This document shows positions 46,301 to 53,060 of a stretch of 64,000 nt of DNA, in pieces. The DNA comes from Pirellulaceae bacterium (GTDB lineage Bacteria; Planctomycetota; Planctomycetia; Pirellulales; Pirellulaceae): contig JAWLFY010000005.1 in NCBI GenBank assembly GCA_041685355.1, forward strand, positions 5,269 to 69,268, written 5' to 3'. The translations under genes were made by a program, and so were the position numbers. Below the pieces are notes generated by a model. That model did no database searches, was not told the origin of the DNA, and saw only the letters and a program-made list of their open reading frames with translations. Positions within the stretch are counted from its first letter, which is position 1. Each line of letters begins with the position of its first letter.

Positions 46301-47444
46301 CGGCGCGGAATCGCATCTGAGTCGCGACCGCTGCGATCTCGCGGGCGAAAGTCTCGGCAACCCGGTCGGCGTCCTCCCGCCACTTGCGATGCGCCTCGTC
46401 CCGCTCATCGGCGAGACGTTTGACCCGATCGCGGGTTTGCCCCTGGGCCCACGTCCGGATCTCGGCGAGCCGTCGGTCTCGTTGCCGCGCCGCCTCGTCC
46501 CGTTCCCGTTCGGAGCGCTCGGTCGCCAACTTGCGTCCGATCGCGGCGGCCCGTTCGGCGACGACGGCCCAACGTTCGGCGGTCGGGTAGTGTCGGCGGG
46601 TCTGTTTCTTGACCGGTCGCATCAAGATCAGGAAGGCGAAAAATCCGAGCAGCCCGCCGACCGGCACGCCCGCCGCCATCACAAGCCACGGCGGGTCGGG
46701 GCCGAGGAAGTAGGCGGCGACGCCCCATGCGACGACGAGCACCACGGTCCCCACCGCGAGTGACGATCCGTCGAGGATCCGCGCCGCGGTCCCCGCGTGC
46801 AAAGCCTCGATCGTCTCGTCGACACCTTGTGCGGCCCGGTCGATCGTGGCGAACACGTCATCGAGCGTCGCGGGCTTGGCCGTCCCGGTCTCATCCCACG
46901 GGTTGTCGGGGGGCGGGACTTGCGGCAGGTAGTCGAGTCGGCCGAGCGTCAACGCACGACACGCTTCGAGCGATGCTTGGAGCGGCTTCAGGGCCTCCGC
47001 AATGCGGGCGAACGATGCCCGCCGCTTCATCTCCGGCTTCCGTTTCACCACGTCGTGCCGACCGATCACCGCTTGGCGTCTCGCATCGGCTTCCGATTCG
47101 ATCGCCTTGGCGTCTTCCGAAGCGGCCCGCCGGTCCGCCGCGAGCCGCTCGCTCAGCTCCTCTCGCAAGCGGATCGTGTCCGATTCGTAACGGTGCGTCA
47201 GAGTCTCCTCCGCCGCGTCCCACTCGTCGAGAACTTGTCGGCGACGGGTGGCGCAGCGATGTCGACACTCGGCCATCGTCTGTTCCCGTGCGACCGCCTC
47301 CTCTTCGACCTGCCGCGCGTGCCCGGCGAGCAGCTCGCCGCGACGACGTTCGACGTCCCGCAGACGTGCCTCCAGCCCGTCGAGCAGGCGCTGTTGGCGG
47401 CGGGGGTCGAACAGGCCGGCGGGTCCGACCGCGGAATCTTTCAT
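43398..47444 (-). CDS. EssC/EccC-like FtsK/SpoIIIE family ATPase with three tandem ATPase-like domains
   Basis: 1348 aa. ~220-aa coiled-coil N-terminus. Two adjacent TM helices (LAVGTVVLVVAWGVAAYFLG, MAAGVPVGGLLGFFAFLILM). A second coiled-coil and a (GQAGGT)n linker. Domain 1 has no P-loop. Domain 2 has 'HVLIAGKTGSGKST' (Walker A) and 'IVLLVDEFQ' (Walker B). Domain 3 'NVLVVAPPESRGPVV' is degenerate. No FtsK gamma/winged-helix tail is present. Confidence 0.85.
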   Translation of the reverse strand: MKDSAVGPAGLFDPRRQQRLLDGLEARLRDVERRRGELLAGHARQVEEEAVAREQTMAECRHRCATRRRQVLDEWDAAEETLTHRYESDTIRLREELSERLAADRRAASEDAKAIESEADARRQAVIGRHDVVKRKPEMKRRASFARIAEALKPLQASLEACRALTLGRLDYLPQVPPPDNPWDETGTAKPATLDDVFATIDRAAQGVDETIEALHAGTAARILDGSSLAVGTVVLVVAWGVAAYFLGPDPPWLVMAAGVPVGGLLGFFAFLILMRPVKKQTRRHYPTAERWAVVAERAAAIGRKLATERSERERDEAARQRDRRLAEIRTWAQGQTRDRVKRLADERDEAHRKWREDADRVAETFAREIAAVATQMRFRADETARAITQEILDTEATLNQQREANEARRRDELTRLQRRVDDGIRRGIAHADAARNRLRRRHPDWAAVIAGSGERGATVDALPIGSMSVVAKRNGATGESGVTGQAGVTGQAGGTGQAGGTGQAGGTGQAEGGAVETDRDAVATEDGTVQLELPVAVHRRVHSGVMISAPTERMTDAVDLAHQTLWRLLSSAPPGRGRLTLIDPIGRGQHFTRFMDLADHDPALVGHRVWTTESQIEARLGELAHHVEDVLQTMLRDRYARVEDYNEVAGSMAEPYRAVAAIGVPDGLSRTAVRHLNALIESGRRCGVFTLLVRDLSRPWPDGERLDSDKLLSIRIAPDGAVRCDEGGREWPPLVPAAGPPDGLRGRLIERIGQDAVAAARVQIPLESILPAAGDLATGGDRDAGPGLSIPIGTQGANRALAMELGEGVRQHVLIAGKTGSGKSTLLHATILAAASLYTPDELQMYLLDFKKGVEFKPYADGGLPHARVIGIESEREFGHSVLRRLDEELQERGEAFRAAAAQDLVGYRRNAGQPMPRIVLLVDEFQELFVRDDRLAADCAMLLDRLVRQGRSFGMHVILSSQSLAGTHSLPRATLGQMAVRIALQCSESDAALILSDENTAARLISRPGEAIYNDAGGLIEGNRPFQVAWLGADRQTEMIRGIAARDGSRVSRLPPPVVFEGNRPCRWTPALADAAVGRPGVPIGASGGVEVALSRRGLLGESVEIGPPVSAELTSDAGRNVLVVAPPESRGPVVASMLGTLLRGDPGAKVHYFDGRRAEDGPPLADWIGKAGIEVSTVRPRDSESAMVELDGEVRRRLDSGTAGTPRFVVIDPLDRFRDLRQDEAFSFSLDATDSVGGGKSLQHVLREGPAVNVFSVVVCGAAETLTRWLPRSSLHDLELRVLGRLNASDSAALIDTPAAAELSAATMILYDDADGRVVKFRPCEIPDPAEVRAWLTGPGSSTYC

Positions 47445-47483
47445 TGCGATCTGTCGAAATCGGTGTCGAGTACGGGCGGTCGG

Positions 47484-47777
47484 TCAGGCGTCGGTCGCTC
47501 CTCCTGAGTCTAGTGCGGAATTCCCGCCCCGGTTGGCGGCCGTGTCGTCGTCTCGCAGCATCCGGTCGGCGGAGCGGACCACCCGAGTGTATTCCGCGAG
47601 CGCCGCCGCGAGCCGGTTCAGGCTCGGACCGAGCTCCGCCAAATGCTGTCGCTCGAACTCCGCGGCACGCGCATCGGCCCAGTCTGTTCGGACCGACTGC
47701 CACAACCGCGCCAACTCGACGAATTCGTGCCGGAGCCGGTCGTCCGCGTCTCGGATCGGAGTCAACGGGTCGTGCAC
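47484..47777 (-). CDS. WXG100-like small helical protein (W-x-D variant)
   Basis: 97 aa with a GTG start. Predicted helix-turn-helix size class. 'TDWADARAAEF' resembles the WXG100 core 'W.G.aa.aF'. It has a disordered acidic/Gly tail. It sits 39 nt upstream of the FtsK-like gene, in an operon-like arrangement. Confidence 0.45.
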   Translation of the reverse strand: MHDPLTPIRDADDRLRHEFVELARLWQSVRTDWADARAAEFERQHLAELGPSLNRLAAALAEYTRVVRSADRMLRDDDTAANRGGNSALDSGGATDA

Positions 47778-47840
47778 CGGGGCGGCTCCAAACGGAACGG
47801 GATGTCAAACGGGCTGTCGAGCCGGACTCTTCCAGATCGC

Positions 47841-49424
47841 TCACGCGTTGAACGTGCGGAGCATCTTGCGGCCCTTGAACAGGTGAAACAGTTCGGCGGC
47901 GCCGAGCGGGCGCATTCGCCCCTCGACCGCCTGGTCGATCGTTTCCAACCCGTCGGTCACGACGCGGCACGTCGTCCCGTCGCGGACCGCCCGAAACACG
48001 CCGGCGTGTTCGTCCAAGAAGAAACCGAGCAATTCCGGCTCGATCGATTCGTACTCGCTCCGGTCGAGGTGTCGCGTCAGCGGGTCGATCAACCGCCGCT
48101 GGGCCTCGTTGAGCTGGTCGGCGGGGACGGTGAAGATCTCAGGGTGCTCGGCCTGCCAACCCGCATAAATCGCATAAATGTCTTCGTTCGGGAGGTCGGC
48201 GACATCGGCTGACAAGGCGAACACGGCGGGTCCCGTCATCCCGACGTTGCTGTATCGCTGGTCGCCGAAACTGTACTCGAAGCGAACCAAGCGGACGTCG
48301 ACCGGCTCTTCGAAACTTGGCCACATCATCCGCCGCGACGCGATGACCTCGACCGACGTCGGGGGAACGCCCATCTGTTGTGGTTGCGAAAGCCACAACG
48401 CCATCTCCGCCTCGGCCGTCGCCGACTCGTCTCGCCACCGCGGATCGACCCGGTTGCCGAGACCCAGTTCGTCCAGATAGTGAATCGCACGCAGCCGTGC
48501 CGCGGGCTCGGCGGTTAATTCGATGAGCCGCTGCTCGCCGGACTGCTCGCCCAACCGCGCGAGTGCCCCGGCGGCCTCACACTGCACCCGGCGATGGCGG
48601 AGCTCGACGGTCCGGTTCAGACTCCCGATCGCTGACCGGTCCCCGATGATCCCGAGCGCGTCACATAGCGAGACCGCCAAAGCCACCGCTTCCCCCAGTC
48701 GCGATTGCACCTCGGTCACGTCGTCGCCGAACGAACGGGGGTCCTCCTCGAACCGGTCCAGCCGGTGTGCGATCTCTCCGAGCAACGCGTCGAGCGTCGC
48801 CACCCGGTCGGCGGCCGGATGGGTCGGCGTCCGACCGACACGGGTGACGTAATTGGCCAAATCCAACACCGGGGCGGCGAGCGGCGGTCGGTCGAGCAGT
48901 TCGAGCAGCGCCGGGAATACCGCGTCGATCGGCCAGTCGTCGTTTTGCATCAACGGACTCAGCAGGTGGCCCGCTTCCATCCAATCTCGCGGCGGATGAA
49001 TCGGGATCGCCGAGGCGAGCGCGGTCAGCGACTCACGCCCCCGATCCATCGACAACAGCTGGAGCAACAAATGCGTGTTCGGCGTCGGTTGGGGCAACGC
49101 CTCGAGCACCCCGGTGACCGAATCCGCTTCGATCCCCCCCTCCGCCGCGACTCCCGTCCGCAGCGCCGTCAGATGCACCAGCCGCAGCAACCCTCCGAGA
49201 ATCGCCGGGTCGGATGTCGCGAGCGTTTCCCGATTCCGGCACAGCTCCGCGAGCATCACCCCGGCGTCGAGTGTCGGCTCCTGGGCCAGTTCATGGAGCC
49301 GAACGCCGGCTTGAACCGGGTCCGCCTCCGGGCCGAGCAAGGGGGTTAGATAGTCGTGCGGTAAGATGGTGCCGATCCTCGATACGGATGACGATCCCTG
49401 ACGGGGGAAACAGTTTGTTCCCAT
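47841..49424 (-). CDS. Hypothetical cytoplasmic protein, HEAT/ARM-like N-terminal region plus alpha/beta C-terminal domain
   Basis: 527 aa with ATG at 49424. No TM helix or signal peptide. Helical-repeat character ('RRVQCEAAGALARLGEQ'). It is the first gene of the apparent three-gene operon. Confidence 0.65.
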   Translation of the reverse strand: MGTNCFPRQGSSSVSRIGTILPHDYLTPLLGPEADPVQAGVRLHELAQEPTLDAGVMLAELCRNRETLATSDPAILGGLLRLVHLTALRTGVAAEGGIEADSVTGVLEALPQPTPNTHLLLQLLSMDRGRESLTALASAIPIHPPRDWMEAGHLLSPLMQNDDWPIDAVFPALLELLDRPPLAAPVLDLANYVTRVGRTPTHPAADRVATLDALLGEIAHRLDRFEEDPRSFGDDVTEVQSRLGEAVALAVSLCDALGIIGDRSAIGSLNRTVELRHRRVQCEAAGALARLGEQSGEQRLIELTAEPAARLRAIHYLDELGLGNRVDPRWRDESATAEAEMALWLSQPQQMGVPPTSVEVIASRRMMWPSFEEPVDVRLVRFEYSFGDQRYSNVGMTGPAVFALSADVADLPNEDIYAIYAGWQAEHPEIFTVPADQLNEAQRRLIDPLTRHLDRSEYESIEPELLGFFLDEHAGVFRAVRDGTTCRVVTDGLETIDQAVEGRMRPLGAAELFHLFKGRKMLRTFNA

Positions 49425-49567
49425 TGTCCGCCGGTCGTCGAGGCCGTCAATTCGGCGCCCGACGCGTGCCCGACGTGCGGTCGCGGGTTAGACTCGGTGA
49501 CCGAAGCGACCCTCCGCCGGAACCGTTTGGCCCCGTCTCGGCTCACCCGCCGCTTCCCCTCCCCGAT

Positions 49568-49660
49568 CGAATCCGCCGAATCCGCCTGTGAATCCGCTGA
49601 ATCCGCCTGTGAATCCGCTGAATCCGCCTGCCGAACCGAATCCGCCGGCCGAACCGATCC
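49568..49660. repeat. Degenerate tandem repeat built on gaatccgc(c/t) / 21-bp units
   Basis: gaatccgcctgtgaatccgct x2, followed by diverged copies. It lies in the divergent region upstream of the sulfatase gene. Confidence 0.7.
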
Positions 49661-49681
49661 GCCACCCCGATTGAACCCGCC

Positions 49682-51508
49682 ATGTTTCCCGATTCCCCCC
49701 GATCGCTCGCCGTCACCGCGGCCGCGGTGCTTGCCATTACCGCGATGCCTGCCATCACCGCGATGTCTGCCGCTTCCCTCGCCGCCGCCGACGAGTCGAC
49801 TTCACGCCCCAACGTCGTGATCGTGATCACCGACGACCAGGGCTACGGCGACCTTGGTTGCCACGGAAACCCGGTCTTGAAGACGCCGCAACTGGACCGA
49901 CTGCACGCCGATTCGGTGCGGCTCGCCGACTACCACGTCGCCCCCACCTGCTCCCCGACGCGGGCGGCGTTGCTGACCGGGCACTGGACGAACCGGACCG
50001 GGGTTTGGCACACGATCATGGGCCGATCGATGCTCCGCCGGGACGAAGTCACGATCGGCGAGATCTTTCGGCAAGCCGGTTATCAGACCGGGATGTTCGG
50101 CAAATGGCACCTCGGCGACAACCATCCCTACCGGCCCGAAGACCGAGGTTTTACCGAGGTCGTCCGACATGGCGGCGGCGGGGTCGGACAAACGCCCGAC
50201 TATTGGGACAACGCATATTTCGACGGGCACTACTGGCACAACGGCGATCCGATCCCGGCCGAAGGATTCTGCACCGACGTTTTCTTCGACCACGCGAAGC
50301 GATTCATTGGTGACTGTGGCCGGGAAGGGAAACCGTTTCTCGCCTACATCAGCACCAACGCACCCCACGGCCCGATGCACGCCCCCCAAGCGGCGAGCGC
50401 CCCGTATCAAGATCTGGGCGTCAACGTGGCCAATTTCTTCGGGATGATCGCGAACATCGACGAGAACGTCGGGGCGCTCCGGGAATTTCTCCGCGAGGAA
50501 GGGCTCGAGGAAAACACGATCTTGATTTTCACCACTGACAACGGGACCGCCGCCGGAGACCGCGTGTTCGACGCCGGGATGCGGGGAAAGAAAGGGAGCG
50601 AGTACGACGGCGGGCACCGCGTCCCGTTCTTCGTCCGCTGGCCCGCCGGCGGGCTCACCGGGGGCCGCGACGTGACCCCGATCACGGCCCACGTCGACGT
50701 CGTCCCGACGCTCGCCGACTGGTGTGGGGTGACCCCGCCGTCCGAACTCCGATTCGACGGCGTCTCGCTGCGACCGCTGTTTGACGGTTCAGCCGAAGAT
50801 TGGCCCGACCGGATTTTGGTCACCGACTCGCAACGCGTCAAAGATCCGATCAAGTGGCGAAAAAGCGCCGTGATGACTTCGCGTTGGCGGCTGAACAATC
50901 GCGACGAGCTGTACGACATCGACGCCGACCCGGGGCAAAAGCGAGACGTCTCGGCCGACCACCCCGAGGTCGTGCAGCGGCTGCGAGCGTTCTACGACTC
51001 GTGGTGGGCGGAACTCGAACCGAGCTTCTCCGACGCCACCGCGATCGACTTAGGACACCCCGCCGAAAACCCCGCCCGGCTGACCTCGCACGATTGGATT
51101 ACGACACGGCTGACGCCATGGAACCAATCCCACATCCGCGCCGCGATGCAGGGGAAGGAGAACACCGGGTTTTGGAACGTGAACGTCGTCCAACCGGGGG
51201 CGTATGAGATCCGACTTCGCCGCTGGCCTGCCGAAGTCGATGCCGCGATCGACGCCCCACTCCCCCCCGGCGAGGACGTCCCCGGCGCCAAGGCGTACCG
51301 AACGACCCCCGGGAAGGCGATCCCCGCCGTCCGGGCAACGCTCACCATTGGCGACGAAGTGTTCACCACCGATGTCGCCTCGGGTGTCGATGAGGCGAAC
51401 TTCCGAGTCCGGCTCCCGGCCGGCCGGACGACGATGGCGGCGACCTTGGAAACCGCCGACGGCGAAACTTACGGTGCCTACTACGCCTACGTCGAATTGA
51501 CCGAGTGA
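49682..51508 (+). CDS. Arylsulfatase (formylglycine-dependent sulfatase family)
   Basis: Signal peptide, then 'PNVVIVITDDQGYGDLGCHG' and the sulfatase signature 'CSPTRAALLTGH'. Also 'GKWHLG' and 'FTTDNG'. Confidence 0.92.
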   Translation: MFPDSPRSLAVTAAAVLAITAMPAITAMSAASLAAADESTSRPNVVIVITDDQGYGDLGCHGNPVLKTPQLDRLHADSVRLADYHVAPTCSPTRAALLTGHWTNRTGVWHTIMGRSMLRRDEVTIGEIFRQAGYQTGMFGKWHLGDNHPYRPEDRGFTEVVRHGGGGVGQTPDYWDNAYFDGHYWHNGDPIPAEGFCTDVFFDHAKRFIGDCGREGKPFLAYISTNAPHGPMHAPQAASAPYQDLGVNVANFFGMIANIDENVGALREFLREEGLEENTILIFTTDNGTAAGDRVFDAGMRGKKGSEYDGGHRVPFFVRWPAGGLTGGRDVTPITAHVDVVPTLADWCGVTPPSELRFDGVSLRPLFDGSAEDWPDRILVTDSQRVKDPIKWRKSAVMTSRWRLNNRDELYDIDADPGQKRDVSADHPEVVQRLRAFYDSWWAELEPSFSDATAIDLGHPAENPARLTSHDWITTRLTPWNQSHIRAAMQGKENTGFWNVNVVQPGAYEIRLRRWPAEVDAAIDAPLPPGEDVPGAKAYRTTPGKAIPAVRATLTIGDEVFTTDVASGVDEANFRVRLPAGRTTMAATLETADGETYGAYYAYVELTE

Positions 51509-51624
51509 CGCCAGCCGTTCCCTTTGCCACCACCGCCTCTACAATCGCCTGGGCGTCGTCAATTCGCGATCTCCGCTTCGTTCTCGCGCGTCCCCCTCAT
51601 TTCCCCCACGCCGGAGTCCCTTTT

Positions 51625-52353
51625 ATGAATCGCCTCTCTCTCTCCCTCGCGCTCCCCGCCGCGATCCTGGTTTCCGTATCCTCGCTGACCCTCCCGGCTC
51701 GGGGCGAAGAGGGGAAAGGCGATCCCGTATCGTTGTTCAACGGCAAGGACCTGACCGGCTGGGTCGGCCGTGACGACTTGTGGTCGGTGAAAGGTGGCGC
51801 GATCGTCGGCCGCACGACCGAGGAAGACCCGATCGACGGCAACACGTTCCTGATCTGGAAAGGTGGCCAGCCGAGCGACTTCGAGCTGATCGTCGAGTTC
51901 AAGATTGACAGCGGAAATTCGGGAATCCAGTACCGCAGCGAAGTGCTCGACGAGGAAAAATTCGTCGTCGGCGGATACCAAGCCGACATCGACTTCTCGA
52001 ACCGCTACGCCGGAATCGTTTATTCCGAGCGGACCGGTCGAGGGATCCTCGCCGAACGGGGCGAGAAGGTCACGATCGGCAAGGATGGGAAGAAAGAGAT
52101 CGACCGGTTCGCCGACGGGACGTCGCTCGGTGCCGGGATCCACCCGGGAAAGTGGAACGAATTCCGGATCGTCGCCGACGGGAACCACCTGGTTCAATAC
52201 ATCAACGGGGCAAAGGTCAGCGAGGTGATCGATGGCGAGACCGACAAGGCGAAAAAGTCGGGCGTGATCGCGCTGCAGCTCCACCAGGGCCCGGCGATGG
52301 TCGTGTCGTTCAAAAACTTGACGCTTCGGCCGCTCGGCGAGACCAAGGAATAG
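51625..52353 (+). CDS. DUF1080 (3-keto-disaccharide hydrolase-like) domain protein, secreted
   Basis: ATG at 51625 with a signal peptide. 'LFNGKDLTGWVG...LWSVKGGAIVG', 'NSGIQYRS', 'IALQLHQGPAMVVSFKNLTLRPL'. Confidence 0.85.
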   Translation: MNRLSLSLALPAAILVSVSSLTLPARGEEGKGDPVSLFNGKDLTGWVGRDDLWSVKGGAIVGRTTEEDPIDGNTFLIWKGGQPSDFELIVEFKIDSGNSGIQYRSEVLDEEKFVVGGYQADIDFSNRYAGIVYSERTGRGILAERGEKVTIGKDGKKEIDRFADGTSLGAGIHPGKWNEFRIVADGNHLVQYINGAKVSEVIDGETDKAKKSGVIALQLHQGPAMVVSFKNLTLRPLGETKE

Positions 52354-52394
52354 CGTACCGTTTCCGTCCGGCTATCATGAAGACGGAGGAGATC

Positions 52395-53060
52395 ATGGCA
52401 AAATCGATATGGCCGAGTGACGAAAAGACCGATGTCCTGCTCCGCCGTGCGCGGGAAGGGAGCGAGGACGCGGTCAATCAGTTGCTGGAGCGGCACCGTG
52501 TGCCGATCCGGCGGATGGTCGAGATGCGTCTGGATCGGAAGGTCCAGCGGCGGATCGACGTCAGCGACGTCGTCCAAGAGGTGATGGTCGAGGCGAGCGG
52601 ACGGCTGACGAAGTACCTCGACGACCCCGCGATGGCGTTCCACCTGTGGCTCCGCCAAATCGCTTGGGACCAGATCATCGACACCTACCGACGGCACCGG
52701 GTCAGCGCTAAACGGAGCATGGACCGGGAACAGCCGATGGAGGCCGCCGCCCCCGACCATTCGACGTTGGACTTAGCGATCCAGTTGTGTGACCCCGCGA
52801 TGACGCCCGCCGCCGTCGCGACCCAGCGGGAGATCGCCGAGAAGGTCGAATCGGCGATCGGACGGCTCGACGAGACCGACCGCGAGGTGATCCTGATGCG
52901 GCACTACGAACATTTATCGAACCTGGAGATCGCCGAGGTCTTGGGGCTCAACCCCCCCGCGGCGAGCATGCGGTATCTTCGCGCCGTCCGTCGGTTGCGG
53001 ACGCTGCTGGAGGCGGAGGACGCGGAGGGCGAGAACGCCCCCAGCGACGCCCACGCGTGA
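52395..53060 (+). CDS. ECF-type sigma-70 family factor (kinase-associated)
   Basis: ATG at 52395 with GGAGGA upstream. 'AVNQLLERHRVPIRRMV', 'DVVQEVMVEA', and region 4 'LSNLEIAEVLGLNPPAASMRYLRAVRRLR'. The stop overlaps the kinase GTG (GTGA). Confidence 0.88.
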   Translation: MAKSIWPSDEKTDVLLRRAREGSEDAVNQLLERHRVPIRRMVEMRLDRKVQRRIDVSDVVQEVMVEASGRLTKYLDDPAMAFHLWLRQIAWDQIIDTYRRHRVSAKRSMDREQPMEAAAPDHSTLDLAIQLCDPAMTPAAVATQREIAEKVESAIGRLDETDREVILMRHYEHLSNLEIAEVLGLNPPAASMRYLRAVRRLRTLLEAEDAEGENAPSDAHA

